Of a stretch of DNA of 43,050 bases, positions 27,064 to 36,402 are shown piece after piece. Positions within the stretch are counted from its first letter, which is position 1; each line of letters begins with the position of its first letter. The DNA is from Clostridia bacterium (GTDB lineage: Bacteria > Bacillota > Clostridia > Oscillospirales > CAG-272). Both the position numbers and the translations under genes were made by a program. The stretch spans positions 1 through 43,050 of the forward strand of contig JAGDCE010000030.1 in the NCBI GenBank assembly GCA_017958705.1. The letters run 5' to 3'. The notes below the pieces were generated by a model that was given only the letters and a program-made list of their open reading frames with translations, searched no databases and was not told where the DNA came from.

Positions 27064-27079
27064 TGTTTGCTTGCCTTTA

Positions 27080-28027
27080 TTATTCGGCGGGCTGCTCTTC
27101 GGCGGTCATCGCCTCATCCGTGTCGGTGCTCTCGCTCTTGAACTCGCGGTAATCGAAGGTTATAACGTCCTTCTCGCTTATCAGAGTGTCGCTCAGATCG
27201 TTGATTATGATCTCGATCGCCTCTTCGTCCTCTTCGTCACCGTACTCCTCGCCCATGATGCAGACCCAGCGGTGCTCTTCGTCGTTTTCAAGATTACCGA
27301 TCTTGACCACGCGGCGGCCGTCTTCCGACAGAGTCATGTTGAATTCGTCCAGCAGAGGTTTGACTTCCTCATCTTTTTCGTTGATGTATTTTGTCTGCAG
27401 GCACTTTGCTATCGTGAGCTCGGGTTTGTTGCCGAATACGTTGTACTGCGTTTCCGACAGTATCGTGTCGGCGCCGTTGGAAATGGCGAACTTTACGAAG
27501 AAGTTGCGCTCCGTCTTTTCCAGAAGCTGGAATTTGAGCAGGTCGTAGTTGTGAAGATCCGCGGTGAACGGATCGGCTACTTCGCCGTTGATGGTGAATA
27601 CCCATTCATATATATCGTTTGAAGTGGAGAGCTTGCCGGCGGTGTTTCCGTTCACGCTGTCAAGCGTGTATTCGATCTCTCCGTTGAACTGCGAAATGAC
27701 AACGGTGGGGAGCTCCGCGTTTTTGTCCTTGTTCCTGACGACGACTTCAAGCGCGAGCATGCCGGTGGGCTTTGTGCGGTAGCGCTGACGCGCGGCTTCC
27801 TCGGTGAGAAGTCCGCCCGCGGTCGTCTCCTCTTCCTCGTACGGATCCTGCGGCGCAACTCTTACGCCGTCCGCGCTGTAAAGCGTTTTATTGTTCATAC
27901 CGTACACGTACACTGATACGTACGCGTTAGCATCGCTGTAATTGCTTCCGTTGCCGACGCATGACGTGATCGATATCATCACCATGACGGCCGCAAGCAA
28001 CGTCGTTACGATTCTTTTGATTTTCAT
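27080..28027 (-). CDS. Hypothetical secreted lipoprotein with acidic C-terminus (possible DUF4430-like beta-grasp repeats)
   Basis: Preferred start is ATG 28027 (MKIKRIVTTLLAAVMVMISITSC, lipobox ITSC), preceded by AGGAGGAG. Motif WVFTINGEVADPF...DLLKF and a weaker second copy RWVCIMGEE...DVITFDY. I recognise no enzymatic motif. Confidence 0.6.
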   Translation of the reverse strand: MKIKRIVTTLLAAVMVMISITSCVGNGSNYSDANAYVSVYVYGMNNKTLYSADGVRVAPQDPYEEEETTAGGLLTEEAARQRYRTKPTGMLALEVVVRNKDKNAELPTVVISQFNGEIEYTLDSVNGNTAGKLSTSNDIYEWVFTINGEVADPFTADLHNYDLLKFQLLEKTERNFFVKFAISNGADTILSETQYNVFGNKPELTIAKCLQTKYINEKDEEVKPLLDEFNMTLSEDGRRVVKIGNLENDEEHRWVCIMGEEYGDEEDEEAIEIIINDLSDTLISEKDVITFDYREFKSESTDTDEAMTAEEQPAE

Positions 28028-28073
28028 ACGGGAAATACTCCTCCTGATCAGCACAATATGCAATTCTTTTTTA

Positions 28074-28102
28074 ATTATACAACATTATTTACAAAATGTC
28101 AA
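28074..28102 (-). promoter_or_regulatory. Consensus sigma-A promoter for the lipoprotein gene
   Basis: The minus strand reads TTGACA (28102-28097), a 17 nt spacer, then TATAAT (28079-28074). Both hexamers are perfect. It starts 9 nt after the PBP1A stop. Confidence 0.65.
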
Positions 28103-28110
28103 GTACTTTT

Positions 28111-30585
28111 TTAATAAGGTTCGCCTTCCGGATCGTACGGCGGCTCATACAGCTCGTTGTGGATCTGACAGTACGACAAGACCGAAGGCCGCACGACGTA
28201 ATAATAATCCTCCACGTCGTACGTCAGGCTGTAATCCCTTTCCGCGTTGAGCACGCGGCAGACCTCGTACGTGTGCGGGCAGTACTCGTTTGCGAGTTTC
28301 TTCGAATCCGAGCAGTACGTCAGTATCACGTGGCTGCTGCAGTACGTCGTCGGCTGCGTGCCGTTCACGTAGTAGCCGACCTCGGATCTGCCGCCGCGCT
28401 CGTCTCTGCCGCAGGTCTCGGGATTATAGAGCTGTCCGGAATCCTTGCAGATCAGACACGTCACGATGTCGCCCGCCTGCTCGAAGTTCTGTATCAGCTG
28501 TGTCCCCTCGGCTTTCGCCTTGTCGTAAAGATCCTGATGCAACCGTACCATGATCCTGTCAAATACGAACATGCTCGGGTTCGGTCCTCCATCCAGCGGC
28601 GCGTTCTCAACGTAGCCGTACCAGACCGCTCCGACGTAGTACGGCGTGAATCCGCAGAACCATCTGTCGAACTCGTACATCGACGTACCGGTCTTGCCGG
28701 CGCACGCGGTGTAATCCGTGATGTCCATCTCGTTTCTTCTGACGTGATACTGGACGACCTCTTCCATCAGCTTCGTCATCAGCGTGCAGGTCGAAGCGCT
28801 GAATACGAGCGTTCCCTGAAGTTTGTTGTCGATGACGACGTTGCCCTGCGAGTCGAGGACCTTCGTATACGTCCTGCTCTTGTTGTGGATACCGCCGTTG
28901 GTAAAAGTGGTATACGCGCTCGCCATCTCGCGCACCGTAAGACCTATCGTCGTGGCGCCGAGCGCAAGAGGCGCTATATTGATGTCGGACATCGTCATGC
29001 CTCTGGAATTCGTATACGATTCAACGAGGTTCTTGATGCCGAGCTTCAGCAGATACTGATACGACCGCTCGACCGTGACCTTCATCATGACCTTGACTGC
29101 GACCGTGTTAAGCGACTGTTCGACCGCGTATCTGATGTTGACTAAGCCCTGATTGTCGAAGTTGACGTTCTGCGGCCATGCCTTTCCGTTGACCTTTGAG
29201 ACCGGCATATCGTCGTAAACCGAGCCCCAGGTTATGAGCCCGAGATCGAGCGCCGGACCGTAAGTCGACAGCGGTTTGATCGACGAACCGGGCGATCTCT
29301 TCGCCTGCGTCGCAAGGCACAGGATCCTGCTCTGCGTCTTTTCTCCGCGGCGTCCGATGATGCCGAGGCAGTCGCCGGTGTACGGGTCGCATACGACCAT
29401 CGCGGACTGAGGCTGTATTACCGAATTCTTTTTCTGTTTCGGGAATATGCTGTCGTCTTTATAGCATTCTTCAAGTATGCTCTGCACTTTATGATCCATG
29501 CAGATATACACGCGGTAGCCGCTCGAGAACACGAGGTTGGAGGCGATCTCGCGCGTTACGTGATTCATCTCCATTATATCGGCGATGAGGTCTTCGATGA
29601 CCGCGTCGATATAGTCTGACGATACGTGCGCCGTCGATTTCTCTTCCTCCGTGTTTTTGGGAGGCGTATAGATGTCAAGCGGTTCGTCCCACGCTTCCTC
29701 GAACTCCTCCTCGGTTATCTTGCCGTACTGGAGCATCGTTTTAAGAACGGTGTTGCGGCGTTCGAGGTTGTATTCCGGGTTCTGGATCGGGTCGTATTTC
29801 GTGGGATATTTGATTATCGAAGCCAATGCCGCGCCTTCGACGAGCGTCAGCTCCTGTACCTCCTTGTTGAAATACGTTTTCGCCGCGGTCTTAATGCCGT
29901 AGCACCCCTGCGACAGATATATCGTATTCAGATAATATTCAAGTATCTCCGTTTTATCGAGTTTCTGTTCGAGATACAGCGCGCGGAACATCTCCTGTAC
30001 TTTTCGCTGTATCGAATACTCGTCGTCTCCCGTGATGTTCTTGACGAGCTGCTGCGTTATAGTCGAGCCGCCGAATGATCCGGACGAAAACAGGAAGTTC
30101 TGTACGGCGCCGAGCGTTCTGTACCAGTCGACGCCCTGATGATCCCAGAATCTGTGGTCCTCGATCGCGACGAACGCGTCGATCACGTGTTTGGGCACGT
30201 CGTGCACGGATACCCAGATGCGGTTTTCACCGCCGTGGATGCGCTCGTCTTCGAGCTCGACTTCGTTCCCTTCCTCGTCGATATAGAAGAACATCGTCGT
30301 GCCGTCCTGCTCGGTTCTCAGAATATCGACGTCGAGCGTCGGATCGATGTTGTTCTTGAGATAAAACACGAAAACGATCCCGCAGATCATCGCGGTGATT
30401 ATACCGATGACGAGCACGGTGATTATTATATTCAATATATAGGACAGGAGCCTCGCGGCAAAATGCAGCGACAGCGACAGCGCGCGTCTCAGCGCTTTGC
30501 CCCAGTAGATATGATATCCGCGCTTCTCGTCGCGCTTCGCGCGTCTTTCCGCGGCTTTACGGCGCGCATCCTTTATTCTCTGCAC
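28111..30585 (-). CDS. Class A penicillin-binding protein (PBP1A family: GT51 transglycosylase + transpeptidase) with a Cys-rich C-terminal extension
   Basis: GT51 motifs EDHRFWDHQGVD and GGSTITQQLVKN. Transpeptidase motifs SPGSSIKP (SxxK), SLN and KTGTS. The start is uncertain: GTG 30585 lacks an SD, the frame stays open upstream to about 30696, and GGAGGTGAT at 30663-30655 is followed only by ATT/ATA codons. Confidence 0.9.
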   Translation of the reverse strand: MQRIKDARRKAAERRAKRDEKRGYHIYWGKALRRALSLSLHFAARLLSYILNIIITVLVIGIITAMICGIVFVFYLKNNIDPTLDVDILRTEQDGTTMFFYIDEEGNEVELEDERIHGGENRIWVSVHDVPKHVIDAFVAIEDHRFWDHQGVDWYRTLGAVQNFLFSSGSFGGSTITQQLVKNITGDDEYSIQRKVQEMFRALYLEQKLDKTEILEYYLNTIYLSQGCYGIKTAAKTYFNKEVQELTLVEGAALASIIKYPTKYDPIQNPEYNLERRNTVLKTMLQYGKITEEEFEEAWDEPLDIYTPPKNTEEEKSTAHVSSDYIDAVIEDLIADIMEMNHVTREIASNLVFSSGYRVYICMDHKVQSILEECYKDDSIFPKQKKNSVIQPQSAMVVCDPYTGDCLGIIGRRGEKTQSRILCLATQAKRSPGSSIKPLSTYGPALDLGLITWGSVYDDMPVSKVNGKAWPQNVNFDNQGLVNIRYAVEQSLNTVAVKVMMKVTVERSYQYLLKLGIKNLVESYTNSRGMTMSDINIAPLALGATTIGLTVREMASAYTTFTNGGIHNKSRTYTKVLDSQGNVVIDNKLQGTLVFSASTCTLMTKLMEEVVQYHVRRNEMDITDYTACAGKTGTSMYEFDRWFCGFTPYYVGAVWYGYVENAPLDGGPNPSMFVFDRIMVRLHQDLYDKAKAEGTQLIQNFEQAGDIVTCLICKDSGQLYNPETCGRDERGGRSEVGYYVNGTQPTTYCSSHVILTYCSDSKKLANEYCPHTYEVCRVLNAERDYSLTYDVEDYYYVVRPSVLSYCQIHNELYEPPYDPEGEPY

Positions 30586-30759
30586 CGTTTTTTTGAAAAA
30601 TGAGCCGATCGCAGAAAATACTTTTCCCGCGCCCTCAAAAAACTTGTTTATAATATCACCTCCGAAAAAAGTGAAAACGTCATTTGTCTTGTTCTGTTAT
30701 TCTAACACCGTACCTGCGGTTTTTCTATATAGTATTTTAAATTTTATATGAATTCGGGC

Positions 30760-33700
30760 TCAGCGCACGTTGTCTGCCCCGCATATATCGCACAGGGCTT
30801 TACGCAATCCTTCCGTGATCTCGACAGGCGCCGGATGGCGGAAATATTCGCCGCGCTCCGCGTCGTAAAGATACGCTGCCTCTGCCGCGCCGTCGCCCTC
30901 GTATACCGAGAACAGCGCCTTGATCCTTGTCAGCGGAGGATATTTCGCCTCGTCGGTCGACGGGACGCGGACGAATATTCGCCCGCCTTTTCTCTGCTTC
31001 TGAGGCTGAGGCTCCGGTCTGCGCTCTTCGTATCTTCCGTCCGGGATCAGCGGCAGAAGCGAATCGCAGAGCAGCTTCGCCGTCTCCTCCTCGCGGCGGC
31101 TGACAGTGCCGACCGCCCACACCGGCATATCCTTTGAAAGTATCCCGGCGCATTTTTCGTACACCTTCGGGAACAGGATAAGCTCCATTTCGGCATATCT
31201 GTCCTCGACCGTCACGAACGCCATGTCGTCGCCTTTTTTCGTGTTCTTGACGGTGACGCGGGTGATTATGCCGCAGACCGTGACTTTTTTGCCGTCGTAT
31301 TCCGATTCACATTCCTCGCCGTCGGCGTCCGAGAACGACGATACTATCGTCGATATATCGGCAGGCGACAGAACCTCGCAGTGCTTTTTGTAACCGTCGA
31401 GCAGATGACCGGTAAAGTAATATCCGGTCGCCTCTTTTTCAAGGCTGAGCAGATCGGCAAACGAAAATTCCGGTATATCCGGGTAATCGGTCTCGCCCCT
31501 TATCTCCTCGCCGCCCGACATCGAGAACATGTCTATCTGACCGGTCATGCTCTTTCTCGCGGCGGCTTGCTCCTTTTCCAGCAGTTCCGCGTAAACGGCG
31601 AGCATTTTGCTTCGGTATACGCCGAAGCAATCGAACGCGCCGCTCTTGATCAGCGCTTCGATCTGCTTGCGGTTGCTGTCGTATGGCGCCATCCTGCGTA
31701 TGAAATCGGACAGCGACGCGAATTTTCCGTTCTCTCTTTCTTCAATGATCTTCGAGACGAAAACGCCGCCGACGTTTTTAATCGCGAGAAGTCCGAATCT
31801 TATATTCTTCGTATTTGTATTTTCGTTTCTGACGACGTGGTAGTTGACGCCGCTCTCGTTGATATCCGGCGGCAGGACTTTTATGCCGCGCTTCGCGCAT
31901 TCGCTTATATATTCGGACGTCTTCTCCACGCTGCCGAGCACGTTCGTCAGAAGTGCGGACATGTATTCGGCGAAATAGTGGCATTTCAGATACGCCGTGC
32001 GGTACGTCAGAAAAGCGTACGACGCCGCGTGCGACTTGTTGTAGGCGTATCCGGAGAAGGATTCCATCTGCGAGAACAGCTCGTCGGCGTCATCCGCCTT
32101 CATCCCGAGCCTAACGGCGCCGGGGATAACGATCTTTCCGTCCTCTACCTCGCCGTTGACGAATATGTCGCGCTGCTGTTTCATTTTCTCGGCGTCGGCT
32201 TTCTTCATAAGACGTCTGACGACGTCGGCGCGGCCGAACGAATAACCGGCGACCGTGCGGAAAAGCTGGAGCACCTGCTCCTGATAGACTATGACGCCGT
32301 AAGTCACGTCGAGTATCGGTCCGAGCTTGTCCGAAACGTACGAGATACGCGAAGGGTCGTGGCGGTTCTCGATGAACGTCGGTATGTTCTTCATCGGACC
32401 GGGACGGTATAGCGCGATGACGGCGATCACGTCATCGAAGCAGTTGGGGCGCAGCTGCATGAGCACGCGCCTCATACCCTCGCGCTCAAGCTGGAAAACG
32501 CCGCCGGTATCGCCGGAGCTTATAAGCTCGAAAGTCTTTTTGTCGTCGAGCGGCACGCGCGAAACGTCGAAGCCGGGATCGTATTCGCGGATCTGACGCT
32601 CAGTTTCGGCGATCAATGAAAGATAGCTTATGCCGAGGATATCGAACTTCACGAGCCCGACTTTCTCCGACATATCTTTGTCGTACTGCGTAAGCGTCAC
32701 ATCGCCGCTGACGGCGAGAGGAACATATTCCCACACCGGTTTTTCGGTTATGATAACGCCTGCGGCGTGTGTCGAGATATTTCTCGGTTTGCCCTCGACC
32801 GACATGGCGTTGTCGATAAGCGTTCTGACCTTCGGATCTTCCTCGTAGCGGGCGCGCAGCTCCGCGCCCTCCTTTGATTTCAGCACGTCCGCGATCGAGC
32901 GCGCCCAGACGAGCTCCTCGTCCGGATCCCCGTTTTCATCTTCGGTTTCCGATGTGATTCGGCGAGGTATCAGCTTTGCGACCGCGTCGGTATCCGCGAC
33001 GGACATTCCCATCGCGCGCCCGACGTCCTTCACCGCGGCGCGCGCGGCGAGCGTACCGAACGTGACTATCTGGCTGACTCTGTCGCGCCCGTATTTGTCG
33101 GTTATATAATCTATCACGCGGTGTCTGTCCGTGTCGGCGAAGTCCACGTCGAAATCGGGCATCCCTTTGCGTTCTGGGTGCAGGAACCTCTCGAACATAA
33201 GTCCGTAGCGGATCGAATCCACGTCTGTGATTCCGATCAGAAACGCAACTATGCTGCCGGCGCCGGAGCCTCTTCCGGGACCGGTCGTTATGCCGTGAGT
33301 CTTCGCGTATCCTACGTAGTCTCCGACGATCAGATAGTATTCGTTGAAGCCCATCCTGTCGATCACGGACAATTCGTACTCTATGCGTTCCAGATATTCT
33401 TTTTCGTCGTGTTCTTCCGTATAAACGAGCGTTTCGTCGCCGAGACGCCTTTTTAATCCCTCGTACGTCAGTCTGCGCAGGCAGGTCTTCGGATCTTCGC
33501 CCGTCTGCGGCGTATATCTCGGCAGATGCAGACGGCTGAAATCCATTTCAAACGTGCACATATCCGCGATCTTCTGAGTGTTCGCCACGGCCTCGCTGTT
33601 CTTGCCGAATATCCGCTGCATCTCCTGTTCGGATTTCAGATAATACTCGTCGGTGTCGAATCCTATCGGGCGGCCGTCCTGGATGACGCTTTTAGTCTGT

Positions 33701-34362
33701 ATGCAGAGCAGGATCGCCTGCGCGTCGGCGTCGCGGCGGCTGATGTAATGCGCGTCGTTCGTCGCCGCCGTCGGTATCCCGGTGTCCTCGGAAAGTCTGA
33801 TGAGCTCTCTCATCGCGTTCTCTTCATCCTCGGAGCCGTGGTCCTGCAGCTCAAGATAGAAATTCCCTTCGCCGAACAGACGGTTCAGCCACAGCGCGTA
33901 TTCTTTCGCTCTTGCGTAATCGCCGCGCAGAAGCATTCTCGGGATGAAGCCGGCGATGCAGCCTGACAGGCAGATAAGCCCCTCCGCGTGCTCGGACAAA
34001 AGCTCGTTGTCGATCCTCGGCTTCACGTAAAAACCTTCCGTATATCCTTTTGAAACGAGGTAGATCAGGTTTTTATATCCGGTCTCGTTTTTGCACAGCA
34101 GGATCAGATGATTGTACGCGTCGTCGCGCTTGCGGTCGAATCGCGTTTCCGGCGCAACGTACACTTCACAGCCGATGATCGGTTTTATCCCCTCCGCCTT
34201 GCAGGCGCAGAAAAACTCCCCGGCGCCGAACATGGCGCCGTGATCGGTTATCGCGACCGCGGTCTGCCCGAGAGCCTTGACGGCTTTCGGTATATCGGCG
34301 ACGCCGCACGCGCCGTCGAGCAGACTGTATTCGCTGTGTACGTGCAGATGGACGAAACTCAC
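30760..34362 (-). CDS. dnaE: DNA polymerase III alpha subunit, DnaE type
   Basis: 1200 aa. N-terminal PHP motif FVHLHVHSEYSLLDG, conserved palm/fingers (PDFDVDF, GLVKFDILG) and a C-terminal OB-fold region. Confidence 0.96.
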   Translation of the reverse strand: MSFVHLHVHSEYSLLDGACGVADIPKAVKALGQTAVAITDHGAMFGAGEFFCACKAEGIKPIIGCEVYVAPETRFDRKRDDAYNHLILLCKNETGYKNLIYLVSKGYTEGFYVKPRIDNELLSEHAEGLICLSGCIAGFIPRMLLRGDYARAKEYALWLNRLFGEGNFYLELQDHGSEDEENAMRELIRLSEDTGIPTAATNDAHYISRRDADAQAILLCIQTKSVIQDGRPIGFDTDEYYLKSEQEMQRIFGKNSEAVANTQKIADMCTFEMDFSRLHLPRYTPQTGEDPKTCLRRLTYEGLKRRLGDETLVYTEEHDEKEYLERIEYELSVIDRMGFNEYYLIVGDYVGYAKTHGITTGPGRGSGAGSIVAFLIGITDVDSIRYGLMFERFLHPERKGMPDFDVDFADTDRHRVIDYITDKYGRDRVSQIVTFGTLAARAAVKDVGRAMGMSVADTDAVAKLIPRRITSETEDENGDPDEELVWARSIADVLKSKEGAELRARYEEDPKVRTLIDNAMSVEGKPRNISTHAAGVIITEKPVWEYVPLAVSGDVTLTQYDKDMSEKVGLVKFDILGISYLSLIAETERQIREYDPGFDVSRVPLDDKKTFELISSGDTGGVFQLEREGMRRVLMQLRPNCFDDVIAVIALYRPGPMKNIPTFIENRHDPSRISYVSDKLGPILDVTYGVIVYQEQVLQLFRTVAGYSFGRADVVRRLMKKADAEKMKQQRDIFVNGEVEDGKIVIPGAVRLGMKADDADELFSQMESFSGYAYNKSHAASYAFLTYRTAYLKCHYFAEYMSALLTNVLGSVEKTSEYISECAKRGIKVLPPDINESGVNYHVVRNENTNTKNIRFGLLAIKNVGGVFVSKIIEERENGKFASLSDFIRRMAPYDSNRKQIEALIKSGAFDCFGVYRSKMLAVYAELLEKEQAAARKSMTGQIDMFSMSGGEEIRGETDYPDIPEFSFADLLSLEKEATGYYFTGHLLDGYKKHCEVLSPADISTIVSSFSDADGEECESEYDGKKVTVCGIITRVTVKNTKKGDDMAFVTVEDRYAEMELILFPKVYEKCAGILSKDMPVWAVGTVSRREEETAKLLCDSLLPLIPDGRYEERRPEPQPQKQRKGGRIFVRVPSTDEAKYPPLTRIKALFSVYEGDGAAEAAYLYDAERGEYFRHPAPVEITEGLRKALCDICGADNVR

Positions 34363-35309
34363 GCTTTTATACCCCGTTTGTATTTATCGGCGATCTCGAC
34401 GATCCTCTTTAGTCTGTGGTTGATCCCGGATTTCGTCAGTTTGGGAACGGAAAGCTCCGCGAGCTCCGCAAGCGACGCCTGCGGGTTTTCAAGCCGCAGA
34501 TCCGCGGTCTTTTTCATATCCTCGGGCAGATCTTTCAGCAATCCGTTGTTCTTCAGATATTCCACCGCGCTCATGACTTCCGCTGCGGCGCTGACGGTCT
34601 TTTTGATATTCGCGGTATCGCAGTTGACAGCACGGTTCGCCAGCCCTCTGTTCTCACGGATTATTGACTCGTTGATATAGTCGAATCCGGCGGAGTTCGC
34701 GCCGATATAAGCAAGAAAATCCGCAATATCGCTGTTCTTTTTATAGTAGATCACGTAATTCGATCCGCGAACGGTCAGGCGCGGCGCGATGCCGGCCTTC
34801 GTGCAGAGATCGACGGTGTCGGCTCCGAGATTCTTATAAGGCGTCGATATTTCAAGGTGGAAAGAGCTGTCAGGACGGCTGACCGTGCCGGCGGCGATGA
34901 ACGCGCCGCGCAGATAATAAGAACGGCACTTCTCACATCTTCCGTCCGTGATATTTTTATTTACTCTGTACAGAGATATCGAGCCGCGGGGCATGTCCGC
35001 AGACATTTTGGCGATCTCTTTTCTGTCGGACACGGTTATTTTATAACTGTTCACCGCGCTCGTGCTCTCATCGTCCTCGCGGCTGTTCTTGCGCTCGGAC
35101 ACGTACAGATTGCACTTGATCCCGTATAACTCGGACAAAAGCTCTGTAACGTCGTTCGCGGCGGGCTCTATTTCCGTGATAAGCTTTATCTTTTCGCGGC
35201 TGAATATCCCGGCGTACGTAAGTATTCCCATAAGAAACGCTTTTTTGCAGCAGCGTTTTACGGGAAGCTCCTCCGATAAGGATTTTTTCGTTTCACTTGA
35301 GAAAGACAT
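34359..35309 (-). CDS. whiA: DNA-binding protein WhiA (sporulation/cell-division regulator)
   Basis: 316 aa. N-terminal SFSSETKKSL..., LAGLIDADG-like middle (YLRGAFIAAGTVS) and C-terminal HTH (SLAELAELS...TKSGINHRLKRI). Confidence 0.9.
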   Translation of the reverse strand: MSFSSETKKSLSEELPVKRCCKKAFLMGILTYAGIFSREKIKLITEIEPAANDVTELLSELYGIKCNLYVSERKNSREDDESTSAVNSYKITVSDRKEIAKMSADMPRGSISLYRVNKNITDGRCEKCRSYYLRGAFIAAGTVSRPDSSFHLEISTPYKNLGADTVDLCTKAGIAPRLTVRGSNYVIYYKKNSDIADFLAYIGANSAGFDYINESIIRENRGLANRAVNCDTANIKKTVSAAAEVMSAVEYLKNNGLLKDLPEDMKKTADLRLENPQASLAELAELSVPKLTKSGINHRLKRIVEIADKYKRGIKA

Positions 35310-36199
35310 CAGTCGATCACCCTTATTTCACACTCTATTTCAATGCCTTCGCGTTCTTTTATGACTTTTTTGATATGGTCGACGAGTTTGAGCACGTCGT
35401 CCGCGGTCGCGCCGCCTTTGTTTATAACGAATCCCGCGTGCTTTTCCGACACGGCGGCGCCGCCCACGGTATATCCTTTCAGCCCCGCCTCCTCGATCAT
35501 CTGACCGGTGTATCTGCCGGGATAACGCTTGAACGTTGAGCCGGCGCTCGGATAATTAAGAGGCTGCTTGCTCTTTCTGCGATCGATCAAATCGTCCATT
35601 TTCGCTTTTATAACGTCTTTGTCGTCGGGCGTAAGCTCCATAACGGCTGAAAGGATGATATATCCGTTATCTTCAAATATGCTGTGCCTGTAGCCGAAAT
35701 CACATTCTTCCGCGGATAACACGACGATCTTGCCGATACCCGGAGAAAAAGCCGTGACGGATCTGACTATATCTTTCATCTCTCCGCCGTACGCACCGGC
35801 GTTCATGAATACCGCGCCGCCGACGGAACCGGGTATTCCGTACGCGAATTCGGCGCCCGATCATCCTGCGTTATACGCCGCGCGGCAAACGGTATGAAGC
35901 GGCGCGCCGCAGCAGGCGTAGACCGTTTTTCCCTCGACCCTGACGGAGTTCAGCGATTGCGTAAGTATCACCGCACCGTCGTATCCACTGTCGGAAAACA
36001 GAACGTTCGACCCGCAGCCGAGGACTGTATATCTTATCCCGAGCGAAATGCATTCGTTCACGGTGTTTATAAGCTCTCTTTCGCTTCCGGGATAAACCGC
36101 GGTACACGGACCGCCGATCCTGAAAGTCGTGAATTCCGAGGCGTTTTTGTTAGCGTAAGGTATCCTGTTGACGTTGAGAAACTCGATCAGTTTTTCCAT
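35309..36199 (-). pseudogene. murB: UDP-N-acetylenolpyruvoylglucosamine reductase MurB, interrupted by one in-frame TGA (35863-35861)
   Basis: The two track ORFs (35861..36235 and 35309..35806) are in the same frame. Reading through the TGA gives ...[34 protein letters not shown]..., collinear with B. subtilis MurB ...[27 protein letters not shown]... The stop sits at the conserved Leu (TTA to TGA is one change). Preferred start is ATG 36199 (MEKLIEF) with GAGGAAG SD. Confidence 0.85.
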
Positions 36200-36233
36200 A
36201 TCTTCCTCACGGTATAATATCGGTATTATAATC

Positions 36234-36262
36234 ATATTACTACAAAAAAACGATTATTTCAA
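36234..36262 (-). promoter_or_regulatory. Candidate sigma-A promoter for murB-whiA-dnaE
   Basis: The minus strand reads TTGAAA (36262-36257), a 17 nt spacer, then TAATAT (36239-36234). A second TATAAT-like box lies just downstream. Confidence 0.4.
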
Positions 36263-36373
36263 GAGTTTTTATTAAATATTTTTGCCTTCATACTCCGCAT
36301 AAATATCCACCATGTTCGTTAAATTGCATAAACCGCGTTTATACCGTTCGCATTTTGCGAATTATGAGGGTAT

Positions 36374-36395
36374 AAAAAAGGGCGTTTTCACGCCC
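36374..36395 (-). terminator. Rho-independent terminator after spoIVA
   Basis: The minus strand reads GGGCG-tgaaaa-CGCCC followed by TTTTTT (complement of 36374-36379). It lies 8 nt after the spoIVA stop. Confidence 0.7.
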
Positions 36396-36402
36396 GCTGT
36401 GC

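Noticed and set aside
35861-35863. TGA recoding (alternative genetic code or selenocysteine) as an explanation for the murB stop
   Set aside because: TGA terminates several well-conserved genes at their expected ends (yfcC-like 3241-3243, cdsA 11774-11776, recN 18270-18272, murB 35309-35311). The interrupted position is a conserved Leu, not Cys/Sec.
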